Assembly (NCBI GenBank): GCA_965204745.1
Contig: OZ242010.1
Coordinates: forward strand, 288,001 to 352,000
From: Candidatus Latescibacterota bacterium
GTDB taxonomy: Bacteria > Latescibacterota > UBA2968
Length of the DNA: 64,000 nucleotides
Direction: 5' to 3'
Shown: positions 49,272-59,570 of the stretch, in pieces
Numbering within the stretch: position 1 is the stretch's first letter
Layout: each line of letters begins with the position of its first letter
Position numbers and translations under genes: made by a program
Notes under the pieces: model-generated
Databases searched by the model: none
The model's input: only the letters and a program-made list of their open reading frames with translations
What the model was told of the DNA's origin: nothing

Positions 49272-50119
49272 ACTTCAAAAAACACATCGCAAAAATCGTG
49301 AAAAGTGCGCGCACCAATTTTTATTTTGCCTTCCTGTTCCTCCCGCACGAGAAGCGCGACGCCATTTTCTCTGCGTACGCGTTCAGCCGCCACACCGACG
49401 ACCTCGTCGATCACGCGACCTCAACCGCAGAAGCGCGCCGGCATCTCGATCAGTGGCGCGCCCAACTCCACGCCTGCTACAATGGCAATGCCACGCATCC
49501 CATCGCGCAAAACCTGCAAGCGGTGCTCCGCGAGTTCCCCATACCCAAAGCCCATTTTCTCGCCCTCATCAAAGGCGTGGAGATGGACTTGACCAAAAAT
49601 CGCCACGCCACGTTTGACGAATTGCGCGCGTACTGCTATCGGGTCGCGTCTGTCGTGGGGTTAATCTGCATCGAAATTTTTGGCTATACCAACCCGCAAA
49701 CCCGGGACTACGCCATCAACCTGGGCCTCGCGTTGCAACTGACCAACATCATGCGAGACGTGCATGAGGACTGGCAACAAAACCGCATCTACCTCCCGCA
49801 AGAAGACATGGCGCGCTTCGGCTACACAGAACGCGCCCTCGCACGGGCAGAACACAACGCATCATTCGTCGAGCTGATGCGCTTTCAAGCCCAACGTGCG
49901 TGGGCCTACTATCAAACCGCCGACAAACTCCTGCCGCCCGAAGACAGCGCATCCATGTTCTCCGCGCAGATCATGGGCAAAATTTACGCCCAACTCCTCG
50001 TGAAAATCCAACGCGCCAACTACGATGTTTTTCGCACCCCCATTCGCCTCACCAACGCGCACAAATTCGGCATTGCCCTGCGTTGCTGGCTCGGCAGGAA
50101 AGGCGGGCGACACCCGTGA
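49268..50119 (+). CDS. hpnD: Presqualene diphosphate synthase HpnD
   Basis: NFYFAF, DDLVD, YCYRVASVVG, QLTNIMRD; ATGA coupling to hpnC. Confidence 0.92.
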   Translation: MNFKKHIAKIVKSARTNFYFAFLFLPHEKRDAIFSAYAFSRHTDDLVDHATSTAEARRHLDQWRAQLHACYNGNATHPIAQNLQAVLREFPIPKAHFLALIKGVEMDLTKNRHATFDELRAYCYRVASVVGLICIEIFGYTNPQTRDYAINLGLALQLTNIMRDVHEDWQQNRIYLPQEDMARFGYTERALARAEHNASFVELMRFQAQRAWAYYQTADKLLPPEDSASMFSAQIMGKIYAQLLVKIQRANYDVFRTPIRLTNAHKFGIALRCWLGRKGGRHP

Positions 50120-51420
50120 AACGCATCGCCATCATCGGCGGAGGCTTTGCCGGCCTCGCCGCCGCGGTCCGCCTGTGCGACGCCGGCTGCCCGGTCGTGC
50201 TTTTGGAACGCCGGCAACAACTGGGCGGACGCGCCTTTTCCTTTGCAGACCCGGCCACGGGCGACACCATCGACAACGGGCAACACCTGTTCATGAAATG
50301 CTATCGGGACACCCTCGACTTTCTCGCCCGGATCGGCGCGCGAGACGACATCGCATTTCAACCGCAGTTCGACATCGACTTTCGCCACCCCACGCGCGGC
50401 GCGTCCAACCTGCGTTTTCCCTCGGCTCTGCCCGCGCCCTTGAACCTGCTCCTCGGCTTTCTGCGCTTCCGCGCTATCCGCTGGTCGGACATTCCGCCCT
50501 TGCGAAAAATCAACGCCGCGTTGCACAAAGCCCTCGACCCCTGCCTCTCGGTGCATGCGTGGCTCGACCAGTGCGACCAAAAACCGCGCATGCGAGCGGC
50601 ATTTTGGCACCCGCTCTGTCTCGCCGCCCTCAACCAACGCCCGCAACAAGCCCGCGCCTGCCACCTCCAAGCCGTGTTGCGAGAGGCGTTTTGGCAAGCC
50701 GATGGCGCGTGCTTGGGATACGCAAACCGGGGCTTGAGCACCCTAGTTGCCCATCGCGCCCGGGAATACATCTGCAACCGCGGAGGCGAAATCCACTTCG
50801 GCACAGCCATAACCGCCATCGCGCCTGATCGCACCGGCATTCAGCTTCGCACCCGGTCCGAAAAAGTGTACAAACCCGAGGCATGTATCGCGGCGGTTCC
50901 TCCCCTGCCACTCGCCAGACTGCTCCCGGTCACCCCCTTTGCCAAACTCCGCCACACCCTTTGTCACTACGAACCCTCGCCCATTCTGTCCGTCAATCTC
51001 TGGTTCGACAGGCCCATCATGCACGCGCCCATGTGCGGGCTTCTCGGCACGACGATGGAATGGGTATTCGACAAAGCCGCGATCTACGGCGACGGCGACC
51101 ACGCGAGCCATCTCGCGATGGTCGCAAGCGCGGCGCATCACCTCATGCACCAGCCGAACCGCGACCTCATCGCGCTGGCCTGCAAAGACCTCTATCGCGT
51201 CTTTCCCGAAAGCCAGCGCGCCAACTTGTTACGCGCCACCGCCATCCGTGAACGCGCTGCGACGAGCACCTTGCCGCTCGCCCATACACCCCCCAAAACC
51301 CACACCTCGCACCCGCAGTTGTTTCTCGCGGGCGATTGGACAGGTACCGGCCTCCCCGCGACCATTGAAAGCGCGGTCCGAAGTGGGCACGCCGCCGCAG
51401 ACGCAGTTCTTTCCATATAA
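50116..51420 (+). CDS. hpnE: Hydroxysqualene dehydroxylase HpnE
   Basis: GGGFAG, DNGQH, LAGDW..LPATIE.AVRSG; GTGA coupling. Confidence 0.92.
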   Translation: MKRIAIIGGGFAGLAAAVRLCDAGCPVVLLERRQQLGGRAFSFADPATGDTIDNGQHLFMKCYRDTLDFLARIGARDDIAFQPQFDIDFRHPTRGASNLRFPSALPAPLNLLLGFLRFRAIRWSDIPPLRKINAALHKALDPCLSVHAWLDQCDQKPRMRAAFWHPLCLAALNQRPQQARACHLQAVLREAFWQADGACLGYANRGLSTLVAHRAREYICNRGGEIHFGTAITAIAPDRTGIQLRTRSEKVYKPEACIAAVPPLPLARLLPVTPFAKLRHTLCHYEPSPILSVNLWFDRPIMHAPMCGLLGTTMEWVFDKAAIYGDGDHASHLAMVASAAHHLMHQPNRDLIALACKDLYRVFPESQRANLLRATAIRERAATSTLPLAHTPPKTHTSHPQLFLAGDWTGTGLPATIESAVRSGHAAADAVLSI

Positions 51421-51473
51421 AAAAAAACGGACGAGAAACCTCCCGCCCGAATATCCCTAAATGTCTATGTGAG

Positions 51474-51766
51474 GGGACCTATCCCCCGGCCCCGTTATTC
51501 GCTTCGCTCATTGTAAGGCTACGCCTGTGCCTACGAGGAAAGGGGAGCGCATGGCTTTCTTAAAGGCTTGTATCCCTGGCTGTTTTGATGGCTTTGGGCG
51601 AATGGATTACGCCATAGAAACCCAAACCCCCTTATACAATCCCCTCGCAAAACCGCTCACAGTTCCCCCCTTGTATCTTAGGGCGAGCACGGGTGCATCG
51701 CCCCTTTGGAGGGGTGGAAGGGTGGGGACTGACAACTGACAACTGACAACTGACAACTGACAACTG
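51474..51766. repeat. Family A copy + REP-like hairpin + (ACTGACA)5 tail
   Basis: Similarity to 2051-2254, followed by GGGCGAGCACGGGTGCATCGCCC and heptamers at 51728-51766. Confidence 0.85.
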
Positions 51767-51780
51767 CATCTCACCTCGTT

Positions 51781-53658
51781 CTATTCCGCAATTTCTCTGA
51801 CGCGAATGCGCGTGCCAGGGCGCAAGCGAGACGGGCTTTGAATGCCATTCATGGATTTCAGGGCTTCAACGCTCGTATCAAAAGCGCGGGCAATTTCCCA
51901 CAGGGTATCGCCTGTGCGCACGGTGTAAAAGACGGGCGAATCCGAGGTGCCATCTTTGGGCAACCAAAGGGTGAGGCGGTCGCCCGGGTGAATGGGGCGA
52001 TGGGTATTGAGATCGTTCCACGCGCGTAGGTGCGAAACCGTGATGCCCTCGCGTTTGGCAATTTCCCACAGGGTATCGCCTGCGCGCACGGTGAGGTTGA
52101 CTTGGCGATAGTGCTCGGGGTCGGGCGTGAGGTCGATGGTTTTTCTGCGGCTGGCTGTACGAGATGAGTATTGCGCGCTGGGATACAGTGGAACAGTGAG
52201 TTTTTGACCGATTTGCAACCTGCGCGGATTGGCGATGCCATTGGCCTCTTTGAGCGCGGATTGCGATATTCCCATGTCAGCCGCGATCTCGGACAGGGTA
52301 TCCCCGCGTTTGACCACGTAATCGACCATCTGAATTTTTTTGTGCGCGGGTATTTGGGCGTAATTAGCCCTAAATTTCGCGGCCGCGCCCTTGGGCACGC
52401 GCAACGCATAAGGGGTTCGGCGCGTTGCAGGCGGCGTGTACGCGCGGCGCAGGTCCGGGTTGAGTTGGCGCATCCAGGCGTAGGTCGTGCCCGCGCACTC
52501 TGCGGCCAAGCGCAGGGATATGGGTTCTGTCAGCGCGACCTTGTCATGCGATAGGGCGGGTTGATAGACGATATTTTCAAAGCCAAAAAACCCCGGGTCT
52601 TTCGCCATGATAACCGCCGCCATGAACTTGGGTACATGATTGCGGGTTTCTCGGGGCAGCGCGTGGATTTTCCAAAAATCCCGGGTCTTGGATTTTGCGA
52701 TGGCGCCATCCATGCGACCCTGCCCGCAGTTGTACGCCGCGACAACCAACCGCCAATCGCCAAAGTATTGGTAGAGGTGCGTGAGATGTCGCGCAGCCGC
52801 GCGGGTGGCTTTTTCCGGATCCATGCGATCATCGCGGTACGTATTGCGCCGCAGGCCATAGAGCAAGCCCGTGCGGTACATGAATTGCCACATGCCCAAG
52901 GCCCGCACACGCGACTGCGCGCGCGAGTTAAATCCGCTCTCGACCAGGGCCTTATACGCGAGGTCTTGGGGCAGGCCATAGTCGCGGAAAGCCGAGTGGA
53001 TCATCGGCAAATAGGCGGTGGAGCGCGACAGGCAGAGCGCGAAAAACTCGCGCTTTTCCGTTTGGAAATAGCGGATATAAGCCAAGACTTCGGGCGTGAG
53101 GTCTATCGGCACATCGGCCTGCCCGGCCAGCACCCTCATTTTGAGCTCCCGAAAGTGCGGATGGCGCGACAAGTCCGCGGCAACCGCTTCGGGCAGGGCA
53201 TCGATCAACAATGCCACGGGCGCGTCCGGCGATATGGGCACGCGGGGCAGAATCGCGTGGTAGTGTTCGAGGGTAAAACGCGCCAGCGCGGCCCATTCTT
53301 TGGCTGTTTTCAGCGAGGGATTGGGGACGAACCGCTCGCGCAAGGTGCGGGCTATCGCGTCGAGTTGTGCGCGTGTTTGCGCGGATGGCCGTTTGACCTG
53401 TTGCAACATGTCGTAGAGCGGGTCGCTAGCCGCGACCTTTGTCTGCGTGATGGGTTCTGCTGTGACGGGTTCTGTTGTGACGGGGACTGCGACTTCTGCG
53501 ACGGGTTCGGGCATGGCTGGAACCGCCGGGGCGCGCACAGTCGTCGTGGCGCATCCCCCGGAAATCAGGGCCGCGATCAAACACAACTTGGGCCGCAGGG
53601 ATGGTTTCGCGTTACTGGGCAGGAGTTGCCTGTACGATGAATGCCGTTTCATAGCCAA
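51781..53658 (-). CDS. MltD-like lytic transglycosylase with three LysM domains
   Basis: VESGF, ALGMWQFM, AAYNCG, ETRNHVPK, and three GDTLxxIA repeats. Confidence 0.92.
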   Translation of the reverse strand: MAMKRHSSYRQLLPSNAKPSLRPKLCLIAALISGGCATTTVRAPAVPAMPEPVAEVAVPVTTEPVTAEPITQTKVAASDPLYDMLQQVKRPSAQTRAQLDAIARTLRERFVPNPSLKTAKEWAALARFTLEHYHAILPRVPISPDAPVALLIDALPEAVAADLSRHPHFRELKMRVLAGQADVPIDLTPEVLAYIRYFQTEKREFFALCLSRSTAYLPMIHSAFRDYGLPQDLAYKALVESGFNSRAQSRVRALGMWQFMYRTGLLYGLRRNTYRDDRMDPEKATRAAARHLTHLYQYFGDWRLVVAAYNCGQGRMDGAIAKSKTRDFWKIHALPRETRNHVPKFMAAVIMAKDPGFFGFENIVYQPALSHDKVALTEPISLRLAAECAGTTYAWMRQLNPDLRRAYTPPATRRTPYALRVPKGAAAKFRANYAQIPAHKKIQMVDYVVKRGDTLSEIAADMGISQSALKEANGIANPRRLQIGQKLTVPLYPSAQYSSRTASRRKTIDLTPDPEHYRQVNLTVRAGDTLWEIAKREGITVSHLRAWNDLNTHRPIHPGDRLTLWLPKDGTSDSPVFYTVRTGDTLWEIARAFDTSVEALKSMNGIQSPSRLRPGTRIRVREIAE

Positions 53659-53784
53659 CTTTCACCTCTTCGAAAAATTTTTCCGCGTCTTCGTGCGGTT
53701 GGAAATTGCCAACGCACACCTTTTCGGCTTTCACTTTAAGAACGCCCGCGGGATTTGTCAATCAATTTGTGATAAATCAGTGGG

Positions 53785-54822
53785 TTATTGCCCAAACCAC
53801 TGTGCGAATGTCTCCGCGTAATCGCCTTTTGCAATGCCCTTCTCCGTGATGATCGCGGTGACGAGGTGGTTGGGAGTCACGTCGAAGGCGGGGTTGTACA
53901 CTCGAATGCCGTCGGGCGCGGTTTGCCTGCCCATGCCACGGGTGATTTCCTCGGTTGCGCGTTCTTCAATGGGAATTTGCATGCCGGTGTCGCGTTTCAT
54001 GTCGATGGTGGAGAGCGGCGCGGCCACGTAAAAGGGGACTCGGTGCACATGGGCCAACAGGGCGAGGCCGTACGTGCCGATTTTGTTGCCGACATCTCCG
54101 TTTTTGGCAATGCGATCCGCGCCGACGACCACGCTGTCGATGTTTTTGTCGCGCAACACGGTGGCGGCCATGCTGTCGCAAATGACCGTGACATCCACCC
54201 CACTCTGGTTCAGTTCCCACGCGGTCAGGCGCGACCCCTGCAACAGAGGACGGGTTTCGTCCGCATAGACCGCGACCTGCTTGCCCGCTTCGACCGCGGC
54301 GTACACCACGGCTAAGGCAGTGCCGTAGTCAGCAGTGGCCAAGCCGCCGGCATTGCAGTGGGTCAGGACCGTGGCACGCGGGGACAGCAACTCTGCGCCA
54401 TAGCGGCCAATTTGGCGGCAGATGCGCTTGTCGTCTTCAAAAATCTCATGGGCTTCTTCGAGCAACAGGGCGCGTTTTTCAGCGGGTGAACGCCCCGCGG
54501 CTTGGGCGAGCACTTTTTTTTGTCGGTCGAGTGCCCAAAAGAGGTTGACGGCTGTGGGCCGGGTTTGCGCGAGTTTTTGAATGCACTCGGCGACATGGCG
54601 ATCAAAATCGGCCCCCTGTGCAATCGCCTCTTGCGCGGCAATGACGACCCCATAAGCCGCTGCCACGCCAATGGCAGGCGCGCCGCGCACGCGCAAACTG
54701 ACGATGGCTTCTGCCGCGGTTTCGACATCTCGGCAAACGATGAATTGGTACGCTTCGGGCAATAGGGTTTGGTCGATGAGGCGCAGCGCGTCATCTTCCC
54801 AAGTGAGGGTTGGAACGGGCAT
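53785..54822 (-). CDS. mtnA: S-methyl-5-thioribose-1-phosphate isomerase
   Basis: VRGAPAIG, RPTAVNL, THCNAG, ETRP, GADRI, NKIGT. Confidence 0.96.
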   Translation of the reverse strand: MPVPTLTWEDDALRLIDQTLLPEAYQFIVCRDVETAAEAIVSLRVRGAPAIGVAAAYGVVIAAQEAIAQGADFDRHVAECIQKLAQTRPTAVNLFWALDRQKKVLAQAAGRSPAEKRALLLEEAHEIFEDDKRICRQIGRYGAELLSPRATVLTHCNAGGLATADYGTALAVVYAAVEAGKQVAVYADETRPLLQGSRLTAWELNQSGVDVTVICDSMAATVLRDKNIDSVVVGADRIAKNGDVGNKIGTYGLALLAHVHRVPFYVAAPLSTIDMKRDTGMQIPIEERATEEITRGMGRQTAPDGIRVYNPAFDVTPNHLVTAIITEKGIAKGDYAETFAQWFGQ

Positions 54823-54843
54823 GGGTTCTCCAATGCTTACGGG

Positions 54844-55209
54844 TCAAGTGTCGGTCGGGCCGCGGTCTTCAACGCGCTCGATGGGCGCGTCTCCCCACAG
54901 GCGTTCCAAGCCGTAAAACTGGCGCGATTCCGCCTGAAAGATGTGGACGATGATATCGACAAAATCGATCAGCACCCACTTTCGCGTGTCGTATCCCTCG
55001 ACGTGATAGGGCGGCTGCCCCCGCGCTTTGAGACGCTGGATCACCGCGTCTGCCAATGCGCGAACATGCACGTCTGAAGTCCCGGTGCAGATGACAAAAT
55101 AATCGACAAAGTCGGCGGTGTTGTGCAGGTCGATCACGACGATGTCTTGGGCTTTGCGCGAAAGCAACTGTTCAATGCAGGCACTGCGAATCATCTCGAT
55201 ATCTGACAA
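54844..55209 (-). CDS. rsfS: Ribosome silencing factor
   Basis: KAQDI, DYFVICTG, WVLID, FYGLERLW. Confidence 0.96.
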   Translation of the reverse strand: MSDIEMIRSACIEQLLSRKAQDIVVIDLHNTADFVDYFVICTGTSDVHVRALADAVIQRLKARGQPPYHVEGYDTRKWVLIDFVDIIVHIFQAESRQFYGLERLWGDAPIERVEDRGPTDT

Positions 55210-55221
55210 GGCGACCTCCTT

Positions 55222-55635
55222 CTATTTCCAGATCTCCAACCTATCGTAATCGCGTCCGATGATGATGGTCACTTCCTCGAGGCGATAGGTGTCGGGGGTT
55301 TTTTGCTGGATGACATTGGGCGTGCCGATGAGGGCGGCGACTTGTCGGGCGTATTCTAGTTTGCCGATGCGATCCATGACAATGGTCTCGGCAAAGTTGA
55401 AGTTTTCCGCATTGCCCATGGTCATGACGTCAACGCCAAAGTCGCGCAGTTTTTTCCCGATCTGACCCGCGAGCCCGCCCGTGCCGCATCCATTGAGGAT
55501 TTCCACGCGGATATTGTGCGCGATTTGCGGCGCGGGCCGCGGCGGTGGCGGTGGCGATTGCCAAAAAGCGGTTGCCGCAAAGACGATCAGCCCGGCGATG
55601 ATGAGGCCGCCGAGAACCCATACCCAACGTTTCAT
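55222..55635 (-). CDS. LytR C-terminal domain protein
   Basis: TM anchor; VEILNGCG..GLA; IIIGRD. Confidence 0.85.
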   Translation of the reverse strand: MKRWVWVLGGLIIAGLIVFAATAFWQSPPPPPRPAPQIAHNIRVEILNGCGTGGLAGQIGKKLRDFGVDVMTMGNAENFNFAETIVMDRIGKLEYARQVAALIGTPNVIQQKTPDTYRLEEVTIIIGRDYDRLEIWK

Positions 55636-55704
55636 ACTGCGAAATATAAGCAAAAAAAAAAGAGACGCCAACCTTAGGCGCCTCTTTTTGCCGCTGCTGC
55701 GCGT

Positions 55705-56160
55705 TCAATAGCGTCTGTATGGATCGCGGTAGTAATAGGGATAGCCATTGAAGGTGCTGAATCCAAATTCGATGCGGAGATTGGGCTTGGGCTGGTACAA
55801 GAGGCTGACATTGGGAACCACGACTCGCACGCCGCCCGAAGAGGTCGAGCCGTAGCGCGCATTGCCCGACATGTTGTTGACCAAGCCGACCTGCGCCTTG
55901 ATGACGAGCGGTTTGGAGACTCGATAGGTGATGTCGTTGAGATAGTACTGGCGCAGGCCGCCGCCGTATCCCGAACCGTAGCTGATGCCAATGGTGTGGT
56001 TGAAGTTGAGCTTTTTGAGGTCGAACAATCCGCTGGTGATTTTGCCTGCACGTGCAAATGCCTCGTTGAGCGGGATTTTGCTCTGCGGCTGAATGCCGAT
56101 TTCCGCCCGCGCCCCCGTCGCCATCAAGACCACAACTGCCAATGCAATCCATCTGTACAT
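55705..56160 (-). CDS. Secreted hypothetical protein
   Basis: GGAGG RBS; signal peptide ending ARA. Confidence 0.7.
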   Translation of the reverse strand: MYRWIALAVVVLMATGARAEIGIQPQSKIPLNEAFARAGKITSGLFDLKKLNFNHTIGISYGSGYGGGLRQYYLNDITYRVSKPLVIKAQVGLVNNMSGNARYGSTSSGGVRVVVPNVSLLYQPKPNLRIEFGFSTFNGYPYYYRDPYRRY

Positions 56161-56336
56161 GTGAAACCTCCTTTGATTGGAAATAGCCGTTGACCTGTGC
56201 TGTGAAGCAACATGATACATCGATCAAACCGAACTGTCAAGTTACGTCTTGCGTCTTATGTCTTGCATCTCACCTTTTCATATCGTAAATTTGACCCTCC
56301 CAAGTCGCAACACACACTTTTTAGGAGACGACGACG

Positions 56337-57164
56337 ATGGCACTTCAATCTAATGGGGCTGTTCTTTCGGATGAACAGCGCGAATTTTTTGACGCCAATG
56401 GGTATCTCGTCATCGAAGACGCGCTGCCCCCGGATGTCGTTGCGGAACTCGACGCGGCGGTCGATGAAATTTACGCCCGGGAGAAAGCCGCGAATCGCTT
56501 GGAGAAAAATGGCAAGCTCAATTTGCGAAATTGCATCGTGCATCACGATGCGTTTCTCCAACTGCTCGACTGGCCGACCACCGCGCCCTTGGCGTGGCAG
56601 ATCCTCAACTGGAACATCCAGATGATCACCTCGCACCTCATCGTGTTGCCCTCCGGCCCAGAGCCATCCGCAGAGGAAAAGCGCAGGGGCGGGTATCACC
56701 GCGATGGCGGGTCTTCTTCTCGGGAAATGACCGAACCCCATCCGCGCATCCTCCTCAAAATCGCATACACCATCAGCGACCAGCGCGATCCCGCGTCCGG
56801 AGCCACGCAACTCGTGCCGGGAAGCAATCGGCTGTGGGGCCGTCCGGCCATCGATCCGGCAACGGGCCATCCGCGCGGGGCCATCGACATGAATGTCAAA
56901 GCCGGCTCGGCATTCATCTTTGAACAGCGCACCTATCACGGCATTGGCAAGAACTGGTCGGGGTTCCCGCGCAAGACCATTTTCATGGGCTATGCGTATC
57001 GCTGGGTCAAACCGATGGACTACATCCACATGCCCGACGACCTCCTCGCCCGCGCAACTCCCATTCAAAAACAACTCTTGGGCGCGGTGTCCGACCCGCT
57101 CAGTTTTTACATCCCACAAGCGCGAGACGTGCCCATCAAAGCACTCGTCGAAGATGGGGTGTGA
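56337..57164 (+). CDS. PhyH-family Fe(II)/2OG dioxygenase
   Basis: FDANGYL, HRD, VPGS, distal His (RTYHG). Confidence 0.9.
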   Translation: MALQSNGAVLSDEQREFFDANGYLVIEDALPPDVVAELDAAVDEIYAREKAANRLEKNGKLNLRNCIVHHDAFLQLLDWPTTAPLAWQILNWNIQMITSHLIVLPSGPEPSAEEKRRGGYHRDGGSSSREMTEPHPRILLKIAYTISDQRDPASGATQLVPGSNRLWGRPAIDPATGHPRGAIDMNVKAGSAFIFEQRTYHGIGKNWSGFPRKTIFMGYAYRWVKPMDYIHMPDDLLARATPIQKQLLGAVSDPLSFYIPQARDVPIKALVEDGV

Positions 57165-57206
57165 GTGTGAATCAACGAAAATTTTCACCCCCACAGATAG
57201 CGGTTC

Positions 57207-57450
57207 ATCCGCGCAGTACGTCGGGTTTTGGAGCGGTTGGGGGCCTCTCACGTCTTCCTTCTTCCCTCTTACCGAAAGGGGGCGAGCACGGGGGCACCGC
57301 CCCTACACACACTGCTCGCCTTTGAACGGGCTATCGCCTTTTGTGCCTTTGAACTGGCTATCGCCAGTTGTACCCCGCTCGTGCCTTTTGTGGCTAACCC
57401 CCATCTCCCATCTCCCGTCTTACCTCTTACCGAAGGGGGCGGGCGGGGGC
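57207..57450. repeat. Composite intergenic repeat (C + REP-like + B + heptamers)
   Basis: Shares modules with 8661-8840 and 39976-40010. Confidence 0.8.
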
Positions 57451-57457
57451 AGAGAGA

Positions 57458-59158
57458 TCACTCATCCGTCACGCACCCTTCGGACGCGGTTTTCACGTTC
57501 TTGATGTACTTGTAAAGCGTGCCGCGCGTGGCTTTGTAAGGCGGTGGCGTCCACGCCGCGCGGCGTCTTGCGAGTTCTGCGGCTGAGACATCCATGTTGA
57601 TTTCCCCATTTTGGCTGTCGATAGTGACGGTATCCCCGGTTTGCACCAAGGCGATAGGCCCGCCTTCAATGGCTTCCGGGACGACGTGGCCGATGAGAAA
57701 GCCGTGCGATCCACCGGAAAACCGCCCGTCCGTAATCAGCGCCACATCTTGCACCAAGCCCGCGCCTGCCAGTGCGGAGGTGGGCGTGAGCATCTCCGGC
57801 ATGCCCGGCCCGCCTTTGGGGCCTTCGTAGCGGATGATGATCACATCGCCTTTTGCGATCTCGCCCTGTTCGAGCGCGCCGAGCATGTCCTCCTCGCAAT
57901 CGAATACATTGGCCTTGCCCGTGAACACTTCGCCCTCTTTGCCCGTGATTTTGCCAACCGAACCCTCGGGCGCCAAATTCCCGCGTAAAATTTGCAGGTG
58001 TCCCGTGGGTTTGATGGGGTCGTCAAAGGGCCGCACGATGTCTTGCTGCCCGCGGCCCGTGCCGTACGGGGGAAGCGAGGCGAGGTCCGCGAGATTTTCC
58101 GCGATGGTCTTGCCGGTCACGGTCATTTGGTCGCCGTCGATGAGGCCCGCGTCGAGCAAGCGTTTCATCATCGCAGGCGTGCCGCCGATGTCGTGGAGTT
58201 CTTCCATGACGTAGCGGCCCGAGGGCTTGAGGTCGCACAACAGGGGCGTTTCATTGGATACGCGCTGAAACTCGTCGATGTCCAAATCGAGGTCAAACGC
58301 GCGTGCAATAGCCAAGAGGTGGAGCACGATATTGGTCGATCCCCCCGTGACAACCGCGAGGCGAATGGCGTTGAGCAGGGATTGTTTGGTGACGATGTCG
58401 CGCGGTTTGAGGTCCGTTTCGAGCAAGGCGCGAATCGCATGCCCCGCGCGAACGCATTCGGCGCGTTTGCCCGGATCTTCGGCCGGCGTGCAGGAGGAAT
58501 AGGGCAAGGAGAGGCCCATGCACTCAATCGCACTCGCCATGGTATTGGCCGTGTACATGCCGCCGCACGCCCCCGCGCCCGGGCAGGCGTGTTCCACGAT
58601 CTCTTGGCGTTCCTCATCGCTGATCGATTCCGCGAGAAATTCCCCGTAGCTCTGAAAGGCGGATACGATGTCGAGTTTGCGCTCCTCGCCCCGAATGATG
58701 GCGCAACCGGGTTTGATCGTCCCCCCGTAGATCATCAGCGCCGGGCGATTGAGCCGGCCCATGCCCATAATCACGCCGGGCATGTTCTTGTCGCAACCGG
58801 GCAATGCGATGAGCGCGTCATACCACTGCGCGCCCATGACGGTTTCGATAGAGTCCGCGATCAAGTCGCGCGATTGCAGGGAAAACGACATGCCATCCGT
58901 CCCCATTGAAATGCCATCTGATACGCCAATCGTATTGAAGCGCATCCCAATGCACCCGGCCTCGCCAACGCCCTTTTTCACGTCAGCCGCCAAGTCGTTG
59001 AGGTGCATGTTGCACGAATTGCCCTCGTACCACACCGATGCAATGCCGACCTGCGCTTTGTCCATATCCTCGCGCGTCAGGCCCGCGGCATAGAGCATGG
59101 CCTGAGACGCGCCTTGGGATTTTTTTTGCGTGATCTGCGAGCTGTACAAATTCAACAT
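57458..59158 (-). CDS. ilvD: Dihydroxy-acid dehydratase
   Basis: [44 protein letters not shown]; start MLNLYSS after GAAAGGAAG. Confidence 0.96.
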   Translation of the reverse strand: MLNLYSSQITQKKSQGASQAMLYAAGLTREDMDKAQVGIASVWYEGNSCNMHLNDLAADVKKGVGEAGCIGMRFNTIGVSDGISMGTDGMSFSLQSRDLIADSIETVMGAQWYDALIALPGCDKNMPGVIMGMGRLNRPALMIYGGTIKPGCAIIRGEERKLDIVSAFQSYGEFLAESISDEERQEIVEHACPGAGACGGMYTANTMASAIECMGLSLPYSSCTPAEDPGKRAECVRAGHAIRALLETDLKPRDIVTKQSLLNAIRLAVVTGGSTNIVLHLLAIARAFDLDLDIDEFQRVSNETPLLCDLKPSGRYVMEELHDIGGTPAMMKRLLDAGLIDGDQMTVTGKTIAENLADLASLPPYGTGRGQQDIVRPFDDPIKPTGHLQILRGNLAPEGSVGKITGKEGEVFTGKANVFDCEEDMLGALEQGEIAKGDVIIIRYEGPKGGPGMPEMLTPTSALAGAGLVQDVALITDGRFSGGSHGFLIGHVVPEAIEGGPIALVQTGDTVTIDSQNGEINMDVSAAELARRRAAWTPPPYKATRGTLYKYIKNVKTASEGCVTDE

Positions 59159-59570
59159 CGAAACTTCCTTTCTAAAAGGGCGAAACAAGAGATCCACGAA
59201 GAACGCGCAGGGCGAGAAGAAATGCGAAACGCAAGACAAGGCGGTGGAGATGGCGTCAAAGATAGAAGCCATTAAGGCGGCGATTGAAGCCCTGCCCGAA
59301 GTGGACGAAGATATTGCGCGTGAAAATGTTCGCGGTTTTATTCGCAAATAACGACCAGCGTATTCTGAAAATGCGGTTCCCGCCTTCCACTCTTGCACAA
59401 AGCCATCATCGTCACCGCAACATCCGACGTGAAGGACTTTGTGATTAGGTTGCAGGTAGTTCAGAATGCAGTCAACGCGATTCATTGTTTTTCCGTGGTT
59501 GGACAGATGCCTCGTCATCCGCGTTTATCTGTGTTTATCGGTAGTTGCCTTTCGCCTTTTCGCGTCTTCA

